Shown here: in pieces, positions 39,299 through 52,069 of the stretch
Numbering within the stretch: the first letter of the stretch is position 1
Layout: each line of letters starts with the position of its first letter
Source: Octopus bimaculoides
Taxonomy: Eukaryota
Length of the DNA stretch: 64,000 bases
Direction of reading: 5' to 3'
Assembly (NCBI RefSeq): GCF_001194135.2
Contig: NC_068997.1
Span: forward strand, 6,713,387 to 6,777,386
Notes under the pieces: model-generated
Databases searched by the model: none
What the model was told of the DNA's origin: nothing
Seen by the model: only the letters and a program-made list of their open reading frames with translations
Position numbers and translations under genes: made by a program

Positions 39299-39900
39299 TT
39301 AAGTATCTTCTCTCCCTCTTTTCCTTTCAGTTTTCCAGTTGGCATAATCAATGCTTTGTCTTCTCATGTGATGTCCAGTGAATTTATTCTGTTGCTCCTT
39401 TATGACGATTTCAACTGATCTAATTACTTTAACATTTGTGACTCTATACAGAGGACAGTTTTCCTCATAAAGAAAAGGCTGTGAGGATTTTAAAAAAAGG
39501 ACAGACAAATTGTTATATGTAATCAAATTGACAAAGGTTTAAACTGTTACAACTTCCCAATACTATGGCAATGAAACAAAAATTATTTGAATGCAAACTG
39601 TATTTAGTCTTCAGGAGTGATCCTGAGAATCATCTGCTTGAGAAGTAATGTGACACCTCCAGCATTCAGTGAAAGAACCACATTACTGCACCCTTGATAA
39701 ACTTCTACATCGGTTTGTTGATATGTCCAGATTACCCAGCCATATATAAAGATTGGTCTATGTATGCTACTAGAATGTTCTAACTGTTATTAAAACCCAT
39801 TTATTTGACAATAGATATTGGATCCCACTGGAAGCAATCAAATCATTCATTTCTCTGACGTTTACCCATATGATGCTTTCCAAATGTTTAAAGCTCTCAG
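39299..39900 (-). mobile_element. Old RTE-like LINE C-terminal remnant
   Basis: ESFKHLESII..; VTNVKVIRSVEIVIKEQQNKFTGHHMRR..WKTERKRGR, resembling F.YLGSII, F.GH..R and W.P.GKR.RGRP. Confidence 0.65.
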
Positions 39901-40329
39901 CTCATTTCAAGGTTGTTCCATTAATTTTTATGCTGAAAATTGGTGGTAATTTTTTTTTTTGTTTTTATTTATTTATTTTGAGGTCAGCACTGTCTCTGGG
40001 AATTTTTTTGTGAGAGCTGGGAATAGGAACACGGTTCTTTTTATTTTCTTTGATATTGAAACCCAGACCTATAGCTGTCCATCACTTTTGCAATTGAATA
40101 ATGGAAAAATGCCAAATTACAGGCAGACAGCTGAAAGAATGACTATTATTATCTTTTTAATATGTGTTGTTATGCTTCTACAAGTGTAAAAATCTATTTC
40201 TCTGCATGGAAAACGGACATTAAATGATGATGATGATGCTAGACATGTCATGAAGTTACTTGGCAAGATTTGTGGCAGCATTTGATTTTTGTAGCCCAAA
40301 GTGTTTCGCATCCACATCTACACGATGAG

Positions 40330-40630
40330 TATTTCAGATGTAGGTCAGGTGTGGGTGCATGTGTCATTGCATCAGCATGCTGCTGCCTTCATCATTTGTT
40401 GACATATTCTCAGGTCTCCTAACCCTAACCCATCTATCTGAGTTCCAGTCAGTCCTCAACTCTGCAAGATACCTCCTCATCTGCTGCGACCATGTGGCAT
40501 GTGGTTGATCAAAACAGGCCAGCACTCCAACCAGATCTTCAGTGAAGAGAACATGATAAGCAAGGTCTGGCTCAGAAAATCAAGCAACATGGCCAGACAG
40601 TCTAAATACCCTAAATCATGCTCCCAAATC
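40330..40630 (-). mobile_element. Old RTE-like LINE 3' remnant
   Basis: SGHVA*FSEPDLAYHVL..QPHATWSQQMRRYL, resembling GHVAR....P..W..Q. Confidence 0.55.
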
Positions 40631-43185
40631 ATACAAGTAGAGAAGAAGAAAAGAGTAGAGAAGGAACGAAAGTGAAGAGATGTACATAAAATACTGCAGT
40701 CAAATTGTGTTGGATGAATAAGTGCAATAGAGATGACTGAAAAAAGAGCACCAGACAATGAAGATTTGGTATTTAGGGTAAAAATCCGAAATCGAAGCTA
40801 ACTGTAGATTTGTCACTCCTCATATCAATTAGACTAAGCAAAACACTCCTATCATAACTTTTTTTTTTTTTTATCTCTCTTGATTCTAGTTTCAAATATT
40901 AGTGAGATGAACTTTACCTTCCATTTCTCCATAGAATTCCTTTATAGGAGGAATTTTGCCAAAATATGTACACTTAGTAATGAACAAATCTCGATTACAT
41001 TTTTAATAACACTGCAACCAAAATTGCCCTTTAGCTTAACATGAAATCAATTATATGGAATAAAAACATTTATATAAATCAATTATGTGGAATAAGTACA
41101 GCAAAAGCTAAAGAGCAAGAATCCTATCCCTATACTGAGAGTGTGTGTGTGCAAGTAGAAATATATTTATATACCAGAGGGATTTGCCATTTTGTTAAAT
41201 TTGTTCCATCAGTGAATTTGGTTTTTTTAACCCTAAATACCAATTAATTAAGACTAAATATATTTTCATAATGGATATCTTTAATTGTTGTGCAGCCCTA
41301 TTCAAGCAAAATAATGGCATGCAAATAGTCAAATTCCAGAGAAAATCTATAGATCCAGTGTTTCAGTTATACCATGCCTCCATTTGGTTGAGGACCATCT
41401 TCTACATTCTACTTTTATTGTATAAATTGCAAGGTAGCCATTGGGGTATGTTGTTTTTTGAAAAGGAGACATGACATTCGTTGCTTAATGTTAATAATCA
41501 GATTTTATTCTGCTTCAACATTACTTTCTACTATTTAAAAGTGGTTGTAAAAAATGAAATATTAAAAATGACAGTTGTTCTTATTGATAATGTGATGCTG
41601 TAGATATTAGGCCAGGATGTCTTCACAACTTTAAAAAAACCTTGAATCTTTGTTTGGCATTTCTTGCTGACAGTAACTTCTGTAATTCATTGGGTTACAG
41701 AAGTAGAACTTCAACATTACTTAAAAAATTTTGTGTGTACAATGAAGCAGAGTAATGTGGTTAGTTATTGATGAAGCTAAATAAAGCAGTTAGGGTGAAA
41801 AGCAGCAGAAATCTGTCTTTAGATCAATATGAACTGTTTAGTGGTATGCAGTGTATGTATGTAAATTGTTTTGCTTAACAAACTCACATACATACTCAGA
41901 GTTTTATGAGAGAGAGAGAGGGAAAGATAGATAGATCAACAAACAAGATGAGGACAAATATCCATCAAACATAAATAATTTACTACAACTAAGTTATTTA
42001 GATTTATATTTCAGTAAAGGCAGCCATAATTAATGTAGTTTAAGAATATGTTACTTCTCTTAATTTAGAAATAATGGTTCCTAGTTCAAAAACATCTAGT
42101 AATAAGACATCTGCTGATAATTGCACATCAAATCAATTGATATGTAGGGAAGTTAAGGTTACAAGTTCAAAACAAAAACCTTAACTCATCACAAGCATTT
42201 ACTTATTGATTTGGAATTTCAAGGGTTTATATCAATTCTTGAGCAGAGGTCTAAAACAGAAAATAGTTGACTTGATTCTGTGACTTGTTATCATTTCAAC
42301 TGAATTGTGCAACAAAGTACAAACTGACTGTGATTGAACTTCATACTTTTGCTTGACTGTTAAATGCTTCAAAAATATTAAAACCCCTCTATATAACTAC
42401 TTACAGTATTTTCATACTTAGAAAATTTTTTAAAGATTTCATGCAAGAAACCAGTTTTGCTGACAAACAATAATCAGTGGAAGAAATGCTAAACAGTTGC
42501 AGATTAACAAAAAGATCTCTCATAAAACGGTCATTTTCTGAAGTGGAGAATTCATTATGCTTAGTAATTATTAGCCATAGTTCATTTGTTATTAAATATT
42601 TATTTCTTTAGAATATTGTTATTGTCTTTGCATCTTTATTTGTTACCAGCTTCAACTATCTGGATATGCTAGTAACCAGGTAAATTAATCATTTAATCAA
42701 TAGTGAGCTGTGCTAAATAATAGACAACATGATATGAATGAAAAATAGGATAGAAGGAAATAGCAACCAACAATACAACATAAAAGAGAGAAGAAAACAA
42801 TGAACTGGAAGGGAAAAACAGTTCAAGAGGGCTGACCTAAATGAAGCAAAGTTTGCCACAAAACTTTCTTCTGTCTGTTTTTGTTGACAAATAACTGGAG
42901 AAAGGAAATTCCGTCATTATGATGGTTGATAGTGCTGAAGAATTCAAGTAATTCAGTCTGTGGCCATAAACAATTATAGGTCAGCAAACCTCAGTCTTCT
43001 AGCTTCTTACGATTTTCTTTTGGTTGATGTATATTTATCCAGGAGTGAATTAAATAATTTGAAGTGAGAGACAAATCGGTAGAGTTATCAGAGAATACTT
43101 TGTGATAGTTGTTCTGATTCTCTGCATTCTTGGTTCAAATGCAATGGAAGTCAACTATGGGCTTCATTCTTTTAGGATCAATCAA

Positions 43186-43300
43186 TACGAGGAGGTACCC
43201 AAAAGTAACTGGAAATGTTCTCTGTGGCACAAGCCCATTGTAGTTTAGGCTTCCACCGCTAGAAGCCACTTGATGCAACCCTCAGGCATTAGTCTGGGAA
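43186..43300 (+). mobile_element. mariner-type terminal fragment
   Basis: TA|CGAGGAGGTACCCAAAAGTAAC matches the TA-CGAGG.. start of mariner TIRs; no partner end found. Confidence 0.5.
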
Positions 43301-43861
43301 GCAATCTTCTTACCACACACCCATGCCTGTAATTTAAAATTTTCCATTTTGTCCTAATGTAATTAACATCTATTAATTAATAATGATCTGGAAGTGTTAT
43401 AAATCAATCCAGGATACAAATAAGTAATTTACCAAATTTAGTGCTTGTGCCACGTAAAAAGCACTCAGTCCACTCTGACACATGATGATGATGATGATGA
43501 TGATGAAGACGGAGGACGCCGATGATGATGATGAGTAAAGTTAAGGACAAAGTTGTGTTGTTGAGGCATTCAATTTAAATTTAATTCAATTGTAATTCTT
43601 AGTATTAAAATTATAAAATATTGTTTAGTGATAACAATAAGATACAACATTATTTAGTGAAAAACAATTTATTCTCATGATATGAACTTTAACCTTGATG
43701 CATAGCTTATCATGGATATTGTACTTGGGACTAAGCAGCTAAGCGTAAGCCACTAGGATAATTGGAAAAGTTTAAACCTTGGCTTATAAGTTCTGTAAGC
43801 TATTTGCAGCATTAAAAGAAAGCTACATTGCTACAAAGGAAATAATAAAATTTTAAAAAAA

Positions 43862-44220
43862 GCTTTATCTTTTACTTGTTTCAGTCATTAGACTGTGGCC
43901 ATGCTGAGGCACCACCTTGAAGAATTTTAATTAAACAAATCGACCTATTGTTGTTTCTAAGCCTAGTACTTATTCTATCAGTCTGCTAAGCTATGGAGAC
44001 ATAAACAAACCAACACCGGTTGTCAAACCGAAGTAGAGGACAAACACAGACACAAAAGCACATGGCAGGTTTCTTTCAGTTTTTGTTTATCGAAACATAA
44101 GGCTTTGGTTGGCCTGAAGCTAGAGTAGAAGACACTTGCCCAAGGCACCACATAGTGGGACTAAACCCAGAACCAAGTGAAACAAACTTCCTACCACACT
44201 GTCATGCCTGTGCTTATATA
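43862..44220 (-). mobile_element. 59400-type SINE, diverged
   Basis: ttttacttgtttcagtcattagactgtggccatgctg.. and ..gaagacacttgcccaaggcacc..agtgggactaaacccagaacc. Confidence 0.85.
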
Positions 44221-44304
44221 TGTAATCAATGATTAAATAATTACTTGCTTTTGTATTGAATGCTTGAACACAGAATTGTAGTTGATATTAGTCTAAAGTC
44301 GTCC

Positions 44305-44480
44305 TCATCATCATCATCGTCATCATTTAACATCTGCTTTCTAGGCTGGCATGGGTTGGATGGTTTGATAAGGAACCAGTGAGCTGCAGGGCTGCATCAA
44401 GCACCAATGCCATCTTTGACATGGTTTCTATGACTAGGTGTCCTTCTTAATGTCAACCAGTCTACAGTGTGTACTGGATG
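44305..44480 (-). mobile_element. RTE 3' tail, diverged
   Basis: catcatcgtcatcatttaacatctgctttctaggctggcatgggttggatggtttg. Confidence 0.75.
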
Positions 44481-44994
44481 CCTCTGTTAATAATTCTTGA
44501 TGCTTCAAATGCTGCCGTTTTATGGGACGACAGCCACAAAATTGAAGGCTTCCACAAGTTCTTTAAGAACTTCATGTTTCAACAACATTATTGTAATTAT
44601 AATCAATAGCAGAATTATTTATATTTCAACAGTTTATGTGTAAAGAAATTGAAGCTTTATTGCTGCATATTGATAATTCAGACATTAAAGGGTTAAGTCT
44701 GTATAAGTGGCATCCCTGAATAGTTTGAGGCAAAAGATTGATAGAGTTAGGGTTGCAGAACCTCTCTTTAACAAGAGAAAACAGAAATACAGCATCACTT
44801 CTTCAGATGAGCGTGATCAAGAGCTGGGAATTGTGAGCAGATATTTCTTCATATCTAAGACCTTGCAACTGGCAAGATTATTAAGAGAAATGTAAATTTT
44901 AATCATTATGTATGTATGTATGTATGTATGTGTGTGGCATGCATGTTTATATGTAATATATAAATGTATATAAATATGTGTTTATATATGTATG

Positions 44995-45000
<6 letters not shown>

Positions 45001-45033
<33 letters not shown>

Positions 45034-45635
45034 CCCGGATGCAGTACCAGGCAGTGGCTAATGCCCGGATGCAGTACCAAGCAGTGGCTCTCATGGCTTC
45101 TGATCTCAATTGATTGGAAGTGTTATCATGTACATTGTTTTGTCTTGGTATAAAAGATGGGCTACAGCAAATATTCTGCTTAATACCACAGATTTGCTTG
45201 TCAGTTGTTGACCTTAACCAGTTGAGCATGTCCCTCGGTGGCTAACAATATGTGCATCTCTGATCACGTGCAGAAGTAGTGGGGGAGCATCATAGCCATA
45301 TGTTGAGAGGAATTCTCTGGGCTTTGAATAATTCACTTTTGGAAACATGGGTGTTTTGCTCAACATCCTTAAACAACCCTTATTCAGGGACCTTTTGAGC
45401 GGGATGGGCTACTCGACCTGAAGAAAATTCTAACTGGGCCCCACCTGCGAGGTCATGCGCTGTTTATCTTGATATGAAATCACCATTTCACGCACATATG
45501 GTTGTGATGCATGTGCCTGGTGTACCCTTATCAGACGGGTAGTCATGATGAGTATATTGGGCTTCGTATATTTTACCCCAGTGTCACTTTGATGGCATAC
45601 ACTGCTCTCTCACTCAATAATAATAATAATGATAA
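45001..45635. mobile_element. Unclassified element of about 590 nt embedded in (AAT)n, with a 30-nt tandem duplication at one end
   Basis: (AAT)n on both sides; atgcccggatgcagtacca(g/a)gcagtggct at 45031 and 45061; CpGs retained; no ORF, TIR or Pol III boxes seen. Confidence 0.55.
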
Positions 45636-45771
45636 TAAAATTATTGTGTACACTGCTCAGGTGCGCTACAACTCATCAATGGTGCAGGTACAGTAGATAG
45701 AATTATGTACAAAAGTCAGGAAAGTGAACAGTGTATGAGTCATGATATACATGTGTGCATGCGTATATAAA

Positions 45772-45950
45772 TACTTTTTACTTGTTTCAATTATCTGATT
45801 GCGACCATGTTGGGGTAGCACACTTTGAATGGTTTTAGTTGAACAAGTCAACCCCAAGACTTATTTCTTAATCTATCAGTCTCTTTTGCAGAGCCACTCA
45901 GTTATGGGGATGTAGACACACTGGTTGTCAAGCAGTGGTGGAAGACAATA
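45772..45950 (-). mobile_element. 3' half of the 59400-type SINE
   Basis: ttttacttgtttcaattatctgattgcgaccatgttgg..tggttgtcaagcagtggtgg. Confidence 0.7.
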
Positions 45951-45954
45951 CTAT

Positions 45955-46140
45955 GATTGACCGTTGACTGAACACTATTCAATTTTTTTTCTCCGTGTTT
46001 TTCTCCTTGTCTCCGTATTCTTTCTGTTGAAGAGCGTAGCTCGAAACGTCAAAGACTTTCCGTATTCCCGAGCGTCATACTAATACATCCTTTTGTTATT
46101 TACACCACCTGTCCTCGTCTGTTGTTGTTTTTTCGTACAT

Positions 46141-46146
<6 letters not shown>
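45955..46146 (+). mobile_element. Penelope-like element terminal repeat fragment carrying the hammerhead
   Basis: TGAAGAG..CGAAACGT signature typical of PLE pLTRs. Its 3' part (tacaccacctgtc.tcgtctgttg..ttttcgta.attctc.catata) recurs at 49663-49710; both copies abut (TA)n. Confidence 0.55.
46019..46055 (+). ncRNA. Minimal type I hammerhead ribozyme-like motif (Penelope type)
   Basis: TCTTT [CTGTTGA] A GAGC-gta-GCTC [GAA ACGT C] AAAGA. Stem I TCTTT/AAAGA, stem II GAGC/GCTC, palindromic ACGT as stem III, GUC cleavage triplet. The core has U at the A6 position. Confidence 0.6.
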
Positions 46147-46183
<37 letters not shown>

Positions 46184-48929
46184 CGTGTGTGTGTGTGTGT
46201 GTGTGTGTGTAATTGTTTTCCTTCTTTTATACCAATCCAACCATTCTCACATTCTACTGATTTTGGCAACTTCCAGAAAAGTTTCAGCAGAAAGTTCTTA
46301 TAAAGAAAANNNNNNNNNNNNNNNNNNNNNNNNNNNNNNNNNNNNNNNNNNNNNNNNNNNNNNNNNNNNNNNNNNNNNNNNNNNNNNNNNNNNNNNNNNN
46401 NNNNNNNNNNNNNNNNNNNNNNNNNNNNNNNNNNNNNNNNNNNNNNNNNNNNNNNNNNNNNNNNNNNNNNNNNNNNNNNNNNNNNNNNNNNNNNNNNNNN
46501 NNNNNNNNNNNNNNNNNNNNNNNNNNNNNNNNNNNNNNNNNNNNNNNNNNAATATCTCTTTTTTTTTTTTTATTAAGCTAATAAATTTATCTTTGTTATT
46601 AGGTTAACAAGAAAAGTTAATAAACAAAAAAGTTATAACAAAGACAAAAGGAAAAGGAAAAAGGAAAGGCTTGTCTGAAATTGACTGGGTGACTTTATAG
46701 TTTTAGAGGAAGTATATCGTCATAAGTGGAGTGTTAATTAGATCTGGGAACAGGAAGTCGTCAATTGAATGTCTCTGACACTGATCCCCTACTTTGAAGC
46801 AAGAGAAAAAAAAAAAAAAAGAAGCACTGTGGCCAAGTGTGTTAGATGAAAATAAGTGAGGCTAGCAAGAAACATCCTGTTTAATGCAGCAACTTTGCTT
46901 TAGTTCTGAGCTGATTCAGACATTACATCAAAAACTTGTATTCGAATGGTTTTTATTTTCTTTCTTGAAATTCAAATGTAAAAAGTCATAAAGAGTTATT
47001 AATGACTTAATGTAATTACAAATGTTGTGGAATTTCTTGCTAGTTTATTATATATTTTAATTTAAAAAAATATTATGATTGCTTCATCTATTTTTAATGG
47101 CACTCATTGTATAATTTTTGCAATTATTTTATTAAATTTTCCAAACTCTTTAATTACCCATTATTCCCTTTGCTCTACTTTCTAAAATATATATTTTGGT
47201 TCACTTTTTCTTCCTTCTCTCACATCCCCCCGCCCCCCATATATATACATCTGTGTGTGTGTGTGTATGAAAGAGAACGGCAGACAGACAGACAGAGTGC
47301 ATGTAATAATTGTCATTGAATAACTTTTTTTCAGGAAAATTATATAATACTCTAGAAAATATAATGATTAAATATTTCAGGATAAGAAGGCATTATTTTT
47401 GTTGCTGTAAATAAATATAAAGTGAATCCAACAATTGGTGTTGATGAAAGCCAAAGTTAAAACAAGGATCCTTTGTTTCTGAAGACATGATGCTTTGTCT
47501 TGGTTTATAACAACAAAATTGTTTGAGAACAAGGCTTGAGATATTTTCTTGTATAAAGATTTATTAGCTGCTTTTTTAATTTTAAATAATGCTATGGGTG
47601 TGCAACATATCTTGTCTCCTTTAGGGTATCTTCTCCTTCCATTATAATTATTCTGTTGATTCAAGGAGCTGGAAATACGAAGAATGAAGTTCTCAGGCGG
47701 AGTAAATTCAATAACCATTTATTCACAGGTGCTTCGTACAAGGGGTTTGCTCTCAGTAACCATCTTCACAGCCTTCTCTCCCATACACATGAGGTTCAAT
47801 AACCTCTGGAGACAATGCATGTGGTATTACAGTGGGACAGAAGTCCGCTGTGAGCTCCTGGCTTCGAACTGTTGTCTTGGCATCAGCGTGAGAAGAATGA
47901 AAGAGGAAAATGTCGTTGTCTTTTCCTTAAATAATGGTCACAGGCGAGATCTCATTTTTGTCTTGCGTATGGCAATGGTTGCAGGTGAGATCTCATTGTT
48001 TCAAAATGGTGCTGACTTCTTTGTACCTCACTGCAAGGCGATGTCCAGTAAATTTAGAAGAGAAATGCTTGATTTAGGGAAGCAGAAATGTCAAGTTAAA
48101 ACTACATGGAAACAATAAAAAAAGCAGTTTGAGGGTAAGCCATTACGGTGTTAGACATTTCCCCTCTTTCTTTTGGGTTTCTTGTGAAAAATATTTGATT
48201 ACTTGCAGGAGTCAAATGCAAATTTGTTCTGCTTTTGAATATTCCATACTTTCATCCTTTTCTCTCACATCCCACCCAATTACCAGAAATGGAAACAAGG
48301 TGCCCAAAAGATGTGTGGAATATAGTTATTCACAGCTCCCCATTTTTTTTTTAATTAATGGAGACATTTATTATTGGCTGTTCTTTGTAAAGTTTCTATC
48401 AGTAAACATTTTCTTGATTATTTGGAATAATTAGGGATACATAATTCATTGAGTTCTCATAATTAAACTCATAATCTAGATTAACTTATTGTATACTATC
48501 CAAAAGAAGAGTAGCTCAGCATCCTGATAGGGCTGTTAGAAGATGGGGGATGTGAGTGGCCATTAGGTAGCTCTATAAAATGTGCAGCAAAGTGTTGTGA
48601 AGTTAGGTTGAGTATGGCTGTGTGCATGGTCTCATCTCCCTGATTTCTGTGCATTGAGAAGGAGAGAAGAGTGAAGCTGCCATTTGCATTTTGTAATTCG
48701 TTGTTATTGTATAACACAACCACAGTCAACCTAACTTTGCATCATGTGCTAACGATTCTGCCAGCTCGCCACCTTATCCCATTATTGCCCCACTTTTCTG
48801 CAATGCCTCCTTGGAACTTTCACCCCCACCCCCCAAAGGGGCAATACCACTCCCTTTGTGAACCACTGTTTCAACTCATCTCTCAACACTGCACCCTATA
48901 CTTTGAACTTTGCTCTGAAAGATGGTGTC

Positions 48930-49170
48930 TGCTCATATGTGAATCCGTTCTCTTCGCCAATCATATCTTACAACTGGATCTTATCAACAATTACATCCAG
49001 TTAGTCTGGATCAAAATCTCCCTTTCCAATTCTTCTGAGTTCACCCTCTGCTGTTTCTATCATATCCCAAATCCTTCCAATCATTATCAACAATCTGATT
49101 ATCTCTCATCCTTCACTAAACATCTCCATCTCACACCATTTCTGCTGGCAAAGAGGCCATACTATTTTCC
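48930..49170 (+). mobile_element. CR1-group LINE endonuclease remnant
   Basis: LVWIKISLSNSSEFTLCCFYHIPNPSN...DYLSSF resembles CR1-Zenon APE (.WLKI......FLC..Y.SPN...F.YL). Confidence 0.55.
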
Positions 49171-49449
49171 ACTGTAAATTGTCTGTGCATGATGATGATG
49201 ATGGTGATGATAATCATCATCATTATCCTCATCGTTGTTTTAATGTCCACTTCTCCATAGTTACATACGCCACACAAAATTTGTTGAGGCAGATGCTCTC
49301 CCTGTCACCAACCTTCATCTGTTTCTAAGTGAGGCAATATCTACTCCATATCCAGACCAGTTTTCATGGAAGATTGGGAATGAACAACACTACTTGTATG
49401 ACAGTGCATCTCATTTATACAACTGCAATGAAATATCAAGACAAGGAGA

Positions 49450-49460
49450 CACAGATACAG

Positions 49461-49493
<33 letters not shown>

Positions 49494-49587
49494 TGAATAC
49501 ATATGTATGTGTGTTCCAACATATATACGCACACATGCACGTACACACATATATACATACCTACACATACATATATACCTACATATA

Positions 49588-49653
<66 letters not shown>

Positions 49654-49705
49654 TATCTATATATACACCACCTGTCTTCGTCTGTTGTTTTTTTCGTAAA
49701 TTCTC

Positions 49706-49738
<33 letters not shown>

Positions 49739-49834
49739 TATATCATATCATCATCATCATCAACATCTAATGTCCATTTTGATATCTATCTATCAAACTA
49801 TCTATCTATCTATCTATCTATCTATTTATATATA

Positions 49835-49879
<45 letters not shown>

Positions 49880-49900
49880 TTATAGATAGATAGATAGATA
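49450..49900. repeat. Compound (CA)/(TA)/(ATC)/(CTAT)/(TG)/(GATA) microsatellite cluster
   Basis: Seen directly. Similar clusters at 14855-14970, 31410-31555, 32770-32910, 58580-58665 and 61115-61400. Confidence 0.9.
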
Positions 49901-50816
49901 GGTATTAATGAAAGTATAGCACCTCTAGAATTATCTCTTTGCCCTCATTCTCTGCAAATATTGATTAACAAATGTTGAAACTGAATGTCAACTGCATCAG
50001 TCTCACCAACCTGGGAAAACTTGTAAAGGTCATTGCCACCTCCTCCTCCACCCCCCCCCCCNNNNNNNNNNNNNNNNNNNNNNNNNNNNNNNNNNNNNNN
50101 NNNNNNNNNNTATATAGATATATCATATCATCATCATCATCAAACTTATTAAAACATGTTCAAGGTGATGTACTTCATGCTCGAGAAAAAAGTGAATCTG
50201 TTGAAGAACTTGCAAAAATACATCTACAAACGCAAGAAACTTATTGACTGTAGGAACTGGCGCTTACCTAAACTGTGTCAAAAGTAGTCTGTGATTGATA
50301 GAATCAATCAAGGTTTGGATAAAATTAACTGTGATATTTAATTACATCTTTTTAAATAAATCTTGCGCATATCCATTTAGGGTCCCTTATTTCTGAGATC
50401 AATAAATTTTGTAACAATTGATAAAACAAGAACTGGGGTTGATGTAAACCACTGGACCCTTGAAGATGGCACCTCAGTGACTGAAACCATTAAAAAATGT
50501 TTCTGGAAAGAATCTTTGAAAGAGATTACCTATACCTTTTCAGAGATCATCTAAATCTAATCTAGCCCCATGTTTCCTTCAGACTATAATCAGCTTCCTT
50601 TCAAAATTTATACACCTGAAATATTTCTCAAGAAATTTTACTTCAGCAACAAAAATCATCTTCGAATATTTTTCAATATTTCCTTTCTTCTTGAATGGTA
50701 ATGCATGGATTTCTTTGACTACCAGCTAGCATATCAAAGATTTTATAATCATTACAGCTTGCTGTCATGTACAGAGTTAAACATTTATTTCTTTTGTCAG
50801 TAAGTGACGTTTGGGT

Positions 50817-50887
50817 ACACCACATGTGAAGAGCACACCACATGTGTAGAGCACACCACATGTGAAGAGCACACCACATGTGTAGAG
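50817..50887. repeat. 18-nt minisatellite x4 (ABAB)
   Basis: acaccacatgtgaagagc alternating with acaccacatgtgtagagc. Confidence 0.95.
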
Positions 50888-52069
50888 TAATCTTGTGTTT
50901 TGCCATAGCCAACACCAACATGGCGTAAAGTGACATTAGTCAGAAGATTTGGAGGTGGGGTGTCAGATCTGAGTATATTGGGCCTCAAAGATGGATGGAT
51001 TGAAGATTGAGAAGAAGACACTTTGCCTTTCATCTTTTTGGAATCAATAAGATAAAATACCAATCAAATCAACATGTCCAATGACATTAGCGGTATTCTT
51101 CCACACTAATTTCTGGTTTTGTGCTTCTATTAGAAACAATAGACTTTTAGAATATTGGACAAAATGACTTGAGTATGGGTTCCAGAATTATTAGAATAGT
51201 ATTTAGTTGTGCTATTCTGCTCTGAGTTCAAATCCTTTCAGGGTTTTTTAGAATAAAACACTAATTAAGTACCCCTTCCCCACCCCCACAAATTTCAAGC
51301 AATTTGATTATTTAATTTTATTTTTCCTAAAACATAGCTACCAGTCTCTGGATGCTATACATTATATATTCAAGGGAATATCTTCACAGAGTTTTCTTTA
51401 ACTTGAAGAAACAACTGTTTGGTGAGGAGAGAGAAGCAGGTTTAAAAATATGGAATCTCTCATCACAAGATTATTGTTCAAATCTGGCTTAATTAAGCTT
51501 TGCTTGGATTTGAATGTTGTCATTAAACCATTTAATCAGTCAACATAATCAATCAGTTGAGCATTAATATCTGTGCTTCACCATCTTGCTTGAAGTGAAG
51601 AACCCTAGCCAAAAGGGGAGGAGACTCTATATGCTAGAAATAATAGTCGAGTCTCTCTGAAATCATACACTCCCATTGTAAAAAACAAGAGAGAATATAT
51701 TAGACAATGTAGTCATAGACACTCTGTAACTGTAAAAAAAAAAAAAAGTGGGTAGGGGTGGGTGGGAAATGGAATGGTAACAGTAGGAATGGTTTTGTTT
51801 CTGCTTTTCTTGTTTAGTGCAGGGATACAACTTCTGGCAAGAGGATTGGGGCTCAGAGCTGGCCTGGGGCTAAACAACAACAAAGCAATAACAAGAGAAC
51901 AGTATGAAATTATAAGCAAACATTCCCCCATAAGTCAACATGATATGAATGAGTCTGATGATATTTTTGTTACAAACATCCTTTTCCCAAAATATTAAAA
52001 GTTTCTAATTTGTAACTGCAAAATGAAATCCAAGCATGGTTCTAAAAGACATGCCAGTATGTATGGCTA

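Noticed and set aside
47377-48118. ORFs of 113-144 aa on both strands
   Set aside because: No recognisable domain. The minus strand has faint RTE-like words (HMHCLQRLL) broken by stops, so at most an old LINE relic.
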